This document shows, one piece after another, positions 19,962 to 29,421 of a DNA stretch of 64,000 bases. The translations under genes were made by a program, and so were the position numbers. Below the pieces are notes generated by a model, which saw only the letters and a program-made list of their open reading frames with translations, was not told where the DNA came from and ran no database searches. Origin of the DNA: an uncultured Chloroflexia bacterium (GTDB lineage: Bacteria; Chloroflexota; Limnocylindria; QHBO01); the NCBI GenBank assembly GCA_963825525.1, contig CAWGTN010000001.1:4725-68724 (forward strand), written 5' to 3'. Each line of letters opens with the position of its first letter. Position 1 is the first letter of the stretch.

Positions 19962-21074
19962 GTGGGCATTCGGCGCGAGGTGCAGTTGGCGGTCGATTCC
20001 AGTCGCGCAACCGGTCAGGCGTCGCCGGATGGCGAGGGTGGCGTTCCAGCCGTTCGGCTTGCCGGCGTCAGCAAGCAGTTCGGCGAGGTCACCGCCGTCG
20101 CCGGCATCGATCTCGAGATCGCGGACGGCGAGTTCTTCAGCATGCTCGGCCCGTCGGGGTCCGGCAAGACGACCACACTGCGCATGATCGCCGGCTTCGA
20201 GGAGCCGACGGCCGGACGCATCTGGCTGCACGGGCGGGATATCACGGGCGTCCCGCCGTTCGATCGCGACATCAACACCGTATTCCAGGACTACGCACTC
20301 TTCCCGCACATGAGCGTCGCCGACAACGTGGGATATGGCCTCGTGGTCCGCAAGATCGCCGCTGCCGAGCGCCGCGAGCGGGTCACCGATGCACTCGAGA
20401 TGGTGCGACTGGCCGACTACGGCGCGCGACGCCCGGCACAGCTGAGCGGCGGTCAGCGGCAGCGGGTGGCACTCGCCCGCGCCCTCGTGAACCGCCCCCG
20501 AGTGCTGCTGCTCGACGAGCCGCTGGGCGCTCTCGACCTCAAGCTGCGCGAGGAGATGCAGATCGAGCTCAAGGCCATCCAGCAGCAGGTCGGCATCACG
20601 TTCATCTACGTGACCCACGACCAGGAGGAGGCGCTCACCATGAGCGACCGCCTGGCCGTATTCAACGCGGGGCGAATTGAGCAGGTTGGCTCGCCCGCCG
20701 ATGTGTACGAGCATCCGACCACCACGTTCGTGGCCGGTTTCGTGGGCACGTCGAATCTCCTGACCGGTGAAGCCGCCGTGAACGTCATCGGGCGCGATGG
20801 CATCTTCACGGTCCGTCCCGAGAAGATCCGAATCGAGGATCGGGACGCGTCCGCTGACGCGGACGAGGCGTCCGCACTTGGTCGGATCCGGGAGGTCGTC
20901 TACCTCGGCCCGGATACCCGCTACATCGTCGCCCTCGAGGTGGGTGGCGAACTCGTGGTCACCCGACAGAACCTCGAAACGTCGTCCATGGAGGCGCTCG
21001 CCACGCAGGGCCGATCCGTTCGGCTCGTCTGGAAGCGCCGCCACGTGTTGAGCCTCGCGACCAGCGAGCAGTGA
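19962..21074 (+). CDS. potA: Spermidine/putrescine ABC transporter ATP-binding protein PotA
   Basis: Walker A (GPSGSGKTT), the [15 protein letters not shown] signature, Walker B ([11 protein letters not shown]), and a TOBE C-terminal domain. The start is uncertain; the open frame begins at 19962. Confidence 0.85.
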   Translation: MGIRREVQLAVDSSRATGQASPDGEGGVPAVRLAGVSKQFGEVTAVAGIDLEIADGEFFSMLGPSGSGKTTTLRMIAGFEEPTAGRIWLHGRDITGVPPFDRDINTVFQDYALFPHMSVADNVGYGLVVRKIAAAERRERVTDALEMVRLADYGARRPAQLSGGQRQRVALARALVNRPRVLLLDEPLGALDLKLREEMQIELKAIQQQVGITFIYVTHDQEEALTMSDRLAVFNAGRIEQVGSPADVYEHPTTTFVAGFVGTSNLLTGEAAVNVIGRDGIFTVRPEKIRIEDRDASADADEASALGRIREVVYLGPDTRYIVALEVGGELVVTRQNLETSSMEALATQGRSVRLVWKRRHVLSLATSEQ

Positions 21075-21100
21075 TGGGGGATCCAGAAGGGAACCAGCCA

Positions 21101-22267
21101 ATGAGGCACCTGAGAATTCCGGCGGTCATCATGGTCAACGGTCTGCTCCTGGCGGCATGCAGCTCGGCGGGTCCGTCCGCCAGCACCGTCAACGAGATCG
21201 GCGAAGGGGAGGGAGAGCTCAACCTCGTCATCTGGGCGGGCTACGCGGAGCGTGGCGAGGTTGATGCGGGCTTCGACTGGGTCACTCCGTTCGAGGAGGA
21301 GACCGGCTGCGAAGTCAACACCACCAACATGACCGATTCCAACAACGGCGTCTCGCTCATCCAGTCCGGTGAGTACGACGGCATCTCGGCGTCCGGCGAC
21401 GCGACGAGCCGGCTGATCGCCAGCGATCTCGTGGCACCCGTCAACACGGACGTCTTCGAGAACTATGGCAACGTGTTCGATGGTCTCAAGGACCTTCCGC
21501 ACAACACCGTCGACGGCGTGAACTACGGCGTCCCCCACGGCCGCGGGCCGAACCTGTTGGCGTGGAACACCGAAGAGGTCACCGAGGCCCCGACCAGCTG
21601 GGACATCATCTGGGAGAACGGTGCGGACTACGCCGGTGACATCAGCATCTACGACTCGTCGATCTTCATCGCCGATGCGGCGCTGCATCTGATGAAGTCG
21701 GAGCCGGATCTCGGGATCACGAACCCGTACCAGCTGACCCAGGAGCAGTTCGACGCCGCGATCGCGCTCCTTGAGGATCTCAACGCCAACAATCCGCTGT
21801 ACTGGGGCACCTTCAGTGACCAGGTGAGCTCGTACGGCGCCGGCGACGTGGTGGTCGGCACCACCTGGCAGTTCCAGGTCAACCTGCTGCAGGGCGAGGA
21901 TGCGCCGATCGAGGCAGTCCTTCCCGAAGAAGGGTCCACCGGCTGGTCGGACACCTGGATGATGGCCGCCGAAGCGGCTCACCCCAACTGCATGCTCATG
22001 TGGATGGACCACATGATGTCGCCGGAGGCCAACGGCCAGGCGACCGTCTGGTTCGGTGAGGCGCCGACCAGCCAGGAGGCGTGCGACTATGCCGAGACGC
22101 TGTCGCCCGGCCATTGCGACCTGACGCATGCCACCGACGAGGCGTACTACGACAGGATCTGGTACTGGAGCACGCCGGAGGAGAGCTGCGCCGATGACGA
22201 CGACGCAACGACCTGCGTGACCCAGGACGACTGGGTCCAGGCATGGACGACGCTGCGCGGTGCGTGA
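21101..22267 (+). CDS. potD: Polyamine ABC transporter substrate-binding lipoprotein (PotD/PotF family)
   Basis: Signal peptide with lipobox (LLLAACSS) and a family-2 substrate-binding fold. It sits in operon order potA-potD-potB-potC. Confidence 0.8.
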   Translation: MRHLRIPAVIMVNGLLLAACSSAGPSASTVNEIGEGEGELNLVIWAGYAERGEVDAGFDWVTPFEEETGCEVNTTNMTDSNNGVSLIQSGEYDGISASGDATSRLIASDLVAPVNTDVFENYGNVFDGLKDLPHNTVDGVNYGVPHGRGPNLLAWNTEEVTEAPTSWDIIWENGADYAGDISIYDSSIFIADAALHLMKSEPDLGITNPYQLTQEQFDAAIALLEDLNANNPLYWGTFSDQVSSYGAGDVVVGTTWQFQVNLLQGEDAPIEAVLPEEGSTGWSDTWMMAAEAAHPNCMLMWMDHMMSPEANGQATVWFGEAPTSQEACDYAETLSPGHCDLTHATDEAYYDRIWYWSTPEESCADDDDATTCVTQDDWVQAWTTLRGA

Positions 22268-22359
22268 CCGCGTGAGCCGATCCGAGTGATCTCCCGAATG
22301 CTCCCCGGGGGCCAGCCTCCGGGGAGCATTTGTTCCCTTTCCATGCGAGCCATCCGCCG

Positions 22360-23265
22360 ATGACTGTCCCGGCCATTCCCGAAGCGGCGCCTACGCCCGG
22401 GCGCGCGAGGCGATTTGCGACGTGGCTCCACGCTCGCCCTCGGGCGCAGCGCCGACTGCTCCTGTCCGGGCCGCTGGCGTGGATGGTGCTGGCCTACTTC
22501 GGCTCCCTGGCGATCCTGCTGCTCAGCGCCTTCTGGGCCAAGGACTCGTTCACCGGGCGCGTCGAACCGTTCGAGTGGAGCCTCGATGCTTTCGACGACC
22601 TGATCTCGAACGCCGTGTATCGGACGATCGCCCTGCGCACGATCGCAATCGCGGCCCTGGTGACGTTGACGGACGCCCTGCTTGCCTTCCCGATCGCGTA
22701 CTACATGGCGCGGGTGGCGTCGCCTCGAGTCAGGGGCGCACTGATCGTGGCAATCCTCATGCCGCTGTGGGCCGCCTATCTCGTCAAGGTCTACGCCTGG
22801 AGGACGATCCTCCAGGGCAACGGCTTCCTCGAGTGGGCCCTGGGGCCGTTGGGCGTGGACGCGCCCGGCCTCGGGCAGATCGCCAACTCGTGGCTCGTCC
22901 TCAGCTACCTGTGGCTGCCCTACATGATCCTGCCCATCTACGCGGGCCTGGAGCGCATCCCCGGTTCGCTGCTCGAGGCCTCGTCCGACCTCGGCGCAAA
23001 GAGCGGGACCACGTTCCGACGCGTGATCCTGCCGCTCGTCTTCCCGTCCCTGGTGGCGGGCTCCATCTTCACGTTCTCGCTGACGCTCGGCGACTACATC
23101 ACGCCCGACCTGGTGAGCGATGCGAAGTTCATCGGCAATGTCATCTACGACAACTCGAGCCTGGGCAACGTGCCGCTGGCCGCCGCGTACTCGCTCCTGC
23201 CGATCGCGATCATGGTCGGCTACCTCCTGGTGGCGCGCCGTCTCGGCGCGTTCGACTCGCTGTGA
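22360..23265 (+). CDS. potB: Polyamine ABC transporter permease PotB
   Basis: Six transmembrane segments and an EAA loop (LEASSDLGAKSGTTFRRVILPL). Confidence 0.8.
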   Translation: MTVPAIPEAAPTPGRARRFATWLHARPRAQRRLLLSGPLAWMVLAYFGSLAILLLSAFWAKDSFTGRVEPFEWSLDAFDDLISNAVYRTIALRTIAIAALVTLTDALLAFPIAYYMARVASPRVRGALIVAILMPLWAAYLVKVYAWRTILQGNGFLEWALGPLGVDAPGLGQIANSWLVLSYLWLPYMILPIYAGLERIPGSLLEASSDLGAKSGTTFRRVILPLVFPSLVAGSIFTFSLTLGDYITPDLVSDAKFIGNVIYDNSSLGNVPLAAAYSLLPIAIMVGYLLVARRLGAFDSL

Positions 23266-23277
23266 CGGAGGGCCAGG

Positions 23278-24078
23278 ATGTCTGAATCGCGGTGGGTTCG
23301 CATCGGCCTGCGCATCGCGACCGGGGCGGTGATCGTCTTTCTCTACCTCCCGCTCGTGATCCTCGTGATCTACGCCTTCAATCCGTCGCGCCTGCAGGCG
23401 TGGCCACCGACCGGGTTCACGCTCGATTGGTTCGGCGAGGCGGCAGGCAATCCGGCGATCCGTCGAGCGCTCGTGAACTCGCTGCTGGCCGGCACCGGCG
23501 CGACCGCCGTCGCCCTGGTCCTCGGGACGGCCGCGGCCCTGGCCGTGCAGCGCTTCGCGTTCTTCGGGCGCGACACGATCTCGTTCCTGTTCGTGCTGCC
23601 GATCGCCCTGCCGGGCGTGGTGACCGGGATCGCGCTGCGCACCACGTTCCAGACCGCGGGGGTCGACTTCGGCCTCGGCACGATCATCGTCGGCCACGCC
23701 ACGTTCTGCGTGGTGATCGCCTATAACAACGTCATCGCCCGCCTGCGGCGGCTGCCGCGCACGCCTGAGGAGGCGTCGGCGGACCTCGGTGCCGACACCT
23801 GGACCACGTTCCGCCGCATCACGCTGCCCGGCATGGGGACCGCCCTGCTGTCCGGCGGCCTCCTGGCGTTCGCGCTGTCGTTCGACGAGATCATCGTCAC
23901 CAACTTCACCGCCGGGCCGGGGACCCAGACGATCCCGATGTGGATCTTCGCGGCCATTCAGCGCCCCACGGAGCTGCCCGTCGTCAACGTCGTGGCCTTC
24001 GTACTCATCGTGGTATCGACCGTTCCCGTCTACTTCGCCCAGCGGATCAGCGCCGGAGTCGCGGGGGGCCGCACCTGA
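23278..24078 (+). CDS. potC: Polyamine ABC transporter permease PotC
   Basis: Six transmembrane segments and an EAA loop (EEASADLGADTWTTFRRITLP). Confidence 0.8.
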   Translation: MSESRWVRIGLRIATGAVIVFLYLPLVILVIYAFNPSRLQAWPPTGFTLDWFGEAAGNPAIRRALVNSLLAGTGATAVALVLGTAAALAVQRFAFFGRDTISFLFVLPIALPGVVTGIALRTTFQTAGVDFGLGTIIVGHATFCVVIAYNNVIARLRRLPRTPEEASADLGADTWTTFRRITLPGMGTALLSGGLLAFALSFDEIIVTNFTAGPGTQTIPMWIFAAIQRPTELPVVNVVAFVLIVVSTVPVYFAQRISAGVAGGRT

Positions 24079-24095
24079 CCGGATAGTCCCGGTGC

Positions 24096-25958
24096 GTGAT
24101 GTCCCGTCCCGTCGTAGGCTGGGTGACGACACCGGCCGTCCGAGCGCCGGATCGCAGGGGAGATCGTCCAGCCGTGTCCGTATCCGAACCGATCCAGCCC
24201 GTCGGGCGCACGCCCGCCTGGCGCACCGTCGTGATCGCGGTCGTCGCGGTCCTGGCCATCGCCATCGGCGCCTTCGCCGGATCGGTGCTTCTCACGAACC
24301 GAACCGCGGCAATGGGATCGGGATCGGCCTACGTTCCCGCGGACGCCGCCTTCTTCGTCGAGCTTCGGGTCGACCCGTCGGTCGATCAGGATGCCGCGCT
24401 GCGTGACATCCTCGGTCGCTTCCCCGAGATCCCCGAGGTCGACCTTGAACGCCCGCTCTACGCGCAGGCGATCGAGTCCATCGAGGAGATGCTCGATGCC
24501 GAGGACGCGGGGATCAGCTGGGCGGACGACGTTGCGCCATGGTTCGACGGTCGCGTCTCGCTCACCGTCACGGACATTCCGTTGACGGCCATGGGTGCCC
24601 CCATGGACCCGATGGATCCCATGGCGATGCCCGAGGTCCCACCCATGCTCGTGATGCTGGGCGTGACGGACCGCTCAGAGGCCGAGGGGGCAATCGGTCG
24701 CATCCTCGCCGCAGGCGGCAACGGCATGCCGGCTCTGTCGACGATCGAGCACCGCGGCGTGGTGATCCACGTGGTGGAAGACTCCGAGCTCGGTGCCTAC
24801 GCACTCACCGATGACCAACTGGTGTTCGGCACCAACGCCGAGACGATCCAGGCGGCAATCGATACACACGCCGATGGTGACGCCAGCCTCGCCGATCTGC
24901 CGGAAATGTCCCGTCTGATCGCCCAGCTCCCCGACGATTGGCTCATGTTCGCGACATTCGACTTCACCGACATGATGGCCCAGGCCATGGCCGAGAGTGC
25001 CAGCGCAGCGCCGGCCATTGCCGACGCGTTCAACTCGCTGATGGCGGGCCAGCCGCTGCGAGGGGCGATGGCCGTCTCGGCGGCCGAGGGCCGCCTCGTC
25101 ATCGATGGCGCGTCCGACTCCGCCACCGGCGCCTTCGCCCGCGAGAACGCGCGGCGCAACCTGGCGGCGGAGGTCCCGGGCGACGCGCTCTACTTCAGCG
25201 AGGCCGGAGACATCGGCACCATGCTCGCCGCGGTCATCGGACCGATGAAGGAGGCGATGGCCGAGACGCCCGGTGCCGCCGACGAGATCAGCCAGATGGA
25301 GGCGGCGCTGGGCGCCGACCTCGAGGAGCTCGTGAGCTGGATCGACGACGGGGCGATGGCCATCGGCGCGACCGACGGCGAGCCGTGGGCCGGGCTGGTC
25401 CTGGTTCCCAGCGACATGGACGCGGCACAACGGCGCCTGGGTCAGCTCGGAACATTCGCCGGCCTCGCCGCCCTCGATCCGAGCAGCGGGCTGTCGGTCA
25501 GCGAGGAGGACGTCGATGGCGTGAGCGTCACGACCATCACCTGGACTGATCCGAACGCCTTCCCGGATGCCGGCATGGACATGGGCATGCCGAGCTTCGG
25601 CGGGCTGGTGGTCGAGTACGCGGTCACCGATGACCGCGCCGTCGTCGGTGTCGGCGATGCGTTCGTCCGCCGTGCGCTTGCCCTGGGCTCCGGCGATGGA
25701 CTCGCGGCCGAGGCGCGCTACGCGGACGCGGTCGAGGCGTTCGGTGGGGCCGAGAACGCGGGCGTGGCGTGGCTCGACTTCGCCGGCGTCCGTGAAGCGA
25801 TCGAGGAAACCCTGGGGCCGCTCATCGAGGCGGGCGATCCCGATGGCATGTACGCGTCCGAGATCCGCCCCTGGCTGCTCCCGCTCGATCGTTTCATCTC
25901 GGTGACGCGCGTCGACGGCGACGTCACGATCCAGCGTGGCGCGCTGCTGTTCGAGTGA
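24096..25958 (+). CDS. DUF3352-like secreted or membrane-anchored protein
   Basis: An N-terminal transmembrane segment (WRTVVIAVVAVLAIAIGAFAG) followed by a long Asp/Ala/Gly-rich extracytoplasmic region. The family assignment is from recall. Confidence 0.55.
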   Translation: MMSRPVVGWVTTPAVRAPDRRGDRPAVSVSEPIQPVGRTPAWRTVVIAVVAVLAIAIGAFAGSVLLTNRTAAMGSGSAYVPADAAFFVELRVDPSVDQDAALRDILGRFPEIPEVDLERPLYAQAIESIEEMLDAEDAGISWADDVAPWFDGRVSLTVTDIPLTAMGAPMDPMDPMAMPEVPPMLVMLGVTDRSEAEGAIGRILAAGGNGMPALSTIEHRGVVIHVVEDSELGAYALTDDQLVFGTNAETIQAAIDTHADGDASLADLPEMSRLIAQLPDDWLMFATFDFTDMMAQAMAESASAAPAIADAFNSLMAGQPLRGAMAVSAAEGRLVIDGASDSATGAFARENARRNLAAEVPGDALYFSEAGDIGTMLAAVIGPMKEAMAETPGAADEISQMEAALGADLEELVSWIDDGAMAIGATDGEPWAGLVLVPSDMDAAQRRLGQLGTFAGLAALDPSSGLSVSEEDVDGVSVTTITWTDPNAFPDAGMDMGMPSFGGLVVEYAVTDDRAVVGVGDAFVRRALALGSGDGLAAEARYADAVEAFGGAENAGVAWLDFAGVREAIEETLGPLIEAGDPDGMYASEIRPWLLPLDRFISVTRVDGDVTIQRGALLFE

Positions 25959-26035
25959 GCCCATCGCCCGAGCCGCTGCGCGATGGTCGGGAAGGGGAGT
26001 CGGGCGTTCCCGCGGCCGAGGATCGGCTGCGCGCC

Positions 26036-26272
26036 ATGGGCGTGCGGCCGACGACCTGGAGCAACGGACCGGGTGATCGCTACGCAGCCCACGAGCATGC
26101 GACCGTCAAGCTGCTGATCTGCGCCGAGGGCTCGATCACGTTCCTGGTCGGCGACGAGGGGCAGCCACTCGAGCTCACGGTCGGTGACGGAATCATGCTT
26201 CCGGCGGGGACGCGCCACGCCGCCGTGGTCGGCCCGCACGGGTGCACGTGCGTCGAGGGACATCGCAGCTAG
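26036..26272 (+). CDS. Small cupin-domain protein
   Basis: Cupin motifs around YAAHEHATVKLLICAEGS and DGIMLPAGTRHAAV. Confidence 0.6.
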   Translation: MGVRPTTWSNGPGDRYAAHEHATVKLLICAEGSITFLVGDEGQPLELTVGDGIMLPAGTRHAAVVGPHGCTCVEGHRS

Positions 26273-26568
26273 GCGTGCGGTCCCCGGCGCGAGGCCACTT
26301 CTCGGGCCTCCTTCTCGAAGCGGTTGTCGTCGTACCAGCGTTTCCCGGCTCGTCGGGCTCGCAGCGAGTCCGTCAGATAGGCGATCGGAAAGGCCAACCC
26401 GTGCCGGGCCCACTGCCGCACGTGCTGGAGCTCATGCTCGAGCTCGGCGCCCTCCAGCGGCCGCCAGGCGTAGATCCGGTTGCCGATGGTGATCGCCAGC
26501 CAGTCCTTCACGATCAGTGAGCCGATGACGCGCAGCCACGGCCAGACGTGGACTCGATGCGTCGTCAC
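26269..26568 (-). CDS. Small HExxH-motif protein, possibly a DUF4157-like putative zinc metallopeptidase domain
   Basis: WLAITIGNRIYAWRPLEGAELEHELQHVRQWARHG resembles the A.T.G..I...G..LLAHELTHVvQ signature of DUF4157. It overlaps the upstream GT2 gene by 4 nt. Confidence 0.5.
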   Translation of the reverse strand: MTTHRVHVWPWLRVIGSLIVKDWLAITIGNRIYAWRPLEGAELEHELQHVRQWARHGLAFPIAYLTDSLRARRAGKRWYDDNRFEKEAREVASRRGPHA

Positions 26569-27494
26569 CGGCCGGCACGATTGAGCAGGAGGTCGCGGCG
26601 GTCGCCCCAGTGCTCGAGGAAGCGGTAGAAGTTCCGCTTGCTGAGCCGATCCCGCTCAGCATCGGGCAACGACGCGTAGCCGCGGTGCTCGTGACGCGTC
26701 AGCGGGAGCGGATCGGTACGGATCGCTCGCCAGCCCGCGTCACGGACCGCGAAGCTGAAGTCGAGATCCGCATTGCGATAGAACCGGAATCGACGATCGA
26801 ATCCCTCGACTGTGCGCAGTGCATCGCGGCGGACGGCCAGGCAATAGCCCTCGATGGCATCCACCTCGCCCGGCGGCGCATCCTCGAACTCGCGACCGTC
26901 GCCGCTCGTGACCCCCCAGCCGCCGGCAACTCCGACCGTGGGATCGTCGAACGCGGCCATCAGCGGCTCCACGAAGTCGCCGATCGGCTCGAGCGATGTG
27001 TCGAGCAGGACCGTGATCTCGCCACGGGAGCGGCGCAGCCCGAGGTTGCGTGCATCGGCCCAGCCGAGGCGCTGGCTCGTGCGCAGCACGATCGTCTCGT
27101 CGGGGAGTGGGTGATCGACATCGGCCTCCGGCGCGTTCGCGACCATCACGAGCTCGAACGGCACGCTGGGTGGGTGAGCCCGGAGCCCAAGCAACAGTCG
27201 GGCAAGGTCCTCCGGATGGTCGTCGGCCACGACCTGGATCGAGACGGCCAGCGTCGGCGGATCATCCAGCAGCGACGCCAGGTCGTTGGGATCGGCGTAC
27301 CCGGTCTGGGCCGGTTGCGGCGGCAGCAACGGTCGAGCGGTCGAGCCGCCGGCGCTGTCCTGGACCTCCCAGCCCATGGCCGCCAACTCGTCACGGAGCG
27401 CATCCGCCTCCTCCCAGCGCCGCTCGTCGCGCGCGGCTCGTCGCTTGGTGAGGAGCGCGCGGACTTCGGCGGGGGGTTTGCCCTCACGGGACAT
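26565..27494 (-). CDS. Family-2 glycosyltransferase with an N-terminal CysRS-C-terminus-like peptide
   Basis: GT-A fold with a DxD motif (LLDTSLEP). The N-terminal PPAEVRALLTKRRAARDERRWEEADALRDELAAMGWEVQD resembles the C-terminal helical segment of cysteinyl-tRNA synthetases. Confidence 0.7.
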   Translation of the reverse strand: MSREGKPPAEVRALLTKRRAARDERRWEEADALRDELAAMGWEVQDSAGGSTARPLLPPQPAQTGYADPNDLASLLDDPPTLAVSIQVVADDHPEDLARLLLGLRAHPPSVPFELVMVANAPEADVDHPLPDETIVLRTSQRLGWADARNLGLRRSRGEITVLLDTSLEPIGDFVEPLMAAFDDPTVGVAGGWGVTSGDGREFEDAPPGEVDAIEGYCLAVRRDALRTVEGFDRRFRFYRNADLDFSFAVRDAGWRAIRTDPLPLTRHEHRGYASLPDAERDRLSKRNFYRFLEHWGDRRDLLLNRAGR

Positions 27495-27643
27495 CGGCAG
27501 AAGTACTCCTGGAAATGACCGAACGTACCGGGTCGTTCGAGATCACCGCAACCTTACTATCCGACCACGAGCCGCATCCACCGCACCTGCCCGGTGCGAA
27601 CGGCCCGTTGCAGTGCCCCAATACGAGGGATGACATACCACCC

Positions 27644-27829
27644 ATGATGACGAACGAGGTCGGAAAGCTGCTGACGGCGGCCGAAGTCGCCGAAATGCTG
27701 CATCTCCACGTGAACACCGTGAAGCGCCTCGGGGATCGTGGGGAGCTCCCCTTCTTCCGCGTGTGCAAGCGTGGTGACCGTCGCTTCCGCTACGACGACG
27801 TGCTCGAGTTCCTCCACCGCAGCAAGTAG
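27644..27829 (+). CDS. Small MerR/excisionase-family HTH DNA-binding protein (BldC-like)
   Basis: A 61-aa protein: LLTAAEVAEMLHLHVNTVKRLGDRGELPFFRVCKRGDRRFRYDDVLEF. A GAGGGA ribosome-binding site lies upstream. Confidence 0.7.
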   Translation: MMTNEVGKLLTAAEVAEMLHLHVNTVKRLGDRGELPFFRVCKRGDRRFRYDDVLEFLHRSK

Positions 27830-27884
27830 CGCCATATCTGCTCCCGGTTCGTCCGGGGCGTGCCCCTGCCAGGGGGCTGTGCAA

Positions 27885-27917
27885 ACGACCGCCGAGGTGC
27901 CATTTCTCGGCGGTCGT
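27885..27917 (+). terminator. GC-rich hairpin (12-bp perfect stem, 9-nt loop) downstream of the HTH gene
   Basis: ACGACCGCCGAG-gtgccattt-CTCGGCGGTCGT. No U-tract follows, which is common in high-GC actinobacterial terminators. Confidence 0.45.
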
Positions 27918-27944
27918 TCGCATGTGTCGCATAATCGACGGCCA

Positions 27945-29111
27945 ATGAACGACGAAACGAACGACCTCGAAGAGGCGCGACAGCTCCTTGACGGTGGCGA
28001 TCACGAGGCGGCCATCCGCCGAGCCGAGCCGCTCACCAGCCAGTCGAACGCGGACACGGCGGGTGATGCATGGCTCGTCATCGGCATGGCCCGCTACCGC
28101 CTGGACGACGAACCGGGCGCGATGAGCGCGTGGCGCTCGGCCGCTGATGCGGGCGGAGCAAGCGCGTGGCTCGGCTGGCGGAGCGTCGCCGAGCAGAACG
28201 TCCGCGACGGGGACCTGGAGGCGGCGATCACCGCGTACCGGGAGGCTGACCGGCGCGCCCCGGCCGCCGAGCGAGGACCCATCGCCAATCGGATCGCCTG
28301 GCTCCTCAAGGAGACCGGCCACGATTTCGCCGCACGCCGGCAGTTCAACAAGGCTCGCGGCGCCTATGCGACCTACGTCCCCCTGGTGACGTACGCCATC
28401 ATCGGGATCTGCGTTGCGCTGTTCGGCATCGACGCCTTCCTGACGCAGGGCGCCACGCTGGGCGGGGGGTTCCTCGGTGGTCAGCCCGGACCGCTGGGCC
28501 AGGACAATCTCATCAACGGCTTCTACGTCGCGAGCGGTGAGTGGTGGCGGATCATCACCAGCGCGTTCTTCCACCTCGGCCCGATCCACCTGGCGTTCAA
28601 CATGTACGTGCTCTACCTGTACGGCCAGCTGGCGGAGCGCATGTACGGGCGCATCGAATTCGCGGCGATCTACCTGCTGTGCGCCGCCGGCGGCAGCGTC
28701 CTCACCATCCTGGTCGAGCCGCAGCAGTTCGCGGCCGGGGCGTCCGGGGCCATCTTCGGCATCATCGGCCTGCTGTTCGTTGTCTCGCGTCGCCACCACG
28801 CGGTCCTCGGTCGTGAGGCTCGGTCGATGATGGCCGGCATCGGGACCTACCTGGTGTTCCTCCTGGTCTTCACCTTCCTGGTTCCGGGGATCAGCCTGAC
28901 CGGACATCTCGGCGGGCTCATCGTCGGGGCGATCCTGGGGTTCCTCCTGCCGCCCACGGGCGTCGAGACCCTGAGCGGCATGTGGCGCACTCCCACCGGT
29001 GCGCGCCTCTCGGGCGCCATGCCGCCGCCATTGCGTGCCGCGGTCTACGGCAGCGTGGCCGGCCTGCTCGTCCTGGGCTCGTACGTGGCGGCGGGCCTGA
29101 CCGTCGGTTGA
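27945..29111 (+). CDS. Rhomboid-family intramembrane serine protease with an N-terminal TPR-like cytoplasmic domain
   Basis: Rhomboid core with the GASGAIFG catalytic serine motif and a downstream GHLGG histidine, across six to seven transmembrane segments. It lies immediately upstream of trpD. Confidence 0.85.
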   Translation: MNDETNDLEEARQLLDGGDHEAAIRRAEPLTSQSNADTAGDAWLVIGMARYRLDDEPGAMSAWRSAADAGGASAWLGWRSVAEQNVRDGDLEAAITAYREADRRAPAAERGPIANRIAWLLKETGHDFAARRQFNKARGAYATYVPLVTYAIIGICVALFGIDAFLTQGATLGGGFLGGQPGPLGQDNLINGFYVASGEWWRIITSAFFHLGPIHLAFNMYVLYLYGQLAERMYGRIEFAAIYLLCAAGGSVLTILVEPQQFAAGASGAIFGIIGLLFVVSRRHHAVLGREARSMMAGIGTYLVFLLVFTFLVPGISLTGHLGGLIVGAILGFLLPPTGVETLSGMWRTPTGARLSGAMPPPLRAAVYGSVAGLLVLGSYVAAGLTVG

Positions 29112-29364
29112 CCGCCGGGACCGGCGCCCGTAGGATGCCGATCCCAACCGAACAGCGGCATCGACCGGGACGAGTACCCGATGACGACGGCCCACACGAG
29201 CGAGCCGGGATGGTGAGAGCCGGCATGGACCGCATCGAGGAATGGACCCGCGAGCCTCGCCACGAATCGCTCGACGCGAGCGACAAGCGGCGACGAACCG
29301 ACCCACCGTTAGCCGGGTCGACAAGTGCGGACCATTCGGTCCGAACGAGTGTGGCACCGCGGAA

Positions 29365-29394
29365 AACGCCTCCGTCTCTCGAGATGGAGGCGTT
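29365..29394 (+). promoter_or_regulatory. Hairpin (AACGCCTCC / GGAGGCGTT) in the trpD leader; possible terminator or attenuator
   Basis: A 9-bp stem followed by T-containing TTCGTGTTGCT. An alternative CGAACG/CGTTCG pairing overlaps it. No Trp-rich leader peptide was found. Confidence 0.3.
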
Positions 29395-29421
29395 CGTGTT
29401 GCTCAGCCAAGGATGGATCTC

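Noticed and set aside
22147-24132. A minus-strand ORF of 661 aa.
   Set aside because: It is antisense to potB and potC. The translation is Arg/Asp/Gly-rich and low-complexity, with no domain signature.
29112-29421. Searched for a Trp-codon-rich leader peptide (attenuation) upstream of trpD.
   Set aside because: No tandem TGG codons occur in any small ORF in the leader. Only a hairpin is present, and that is recorded separately as a low-confidence regulatory feature.
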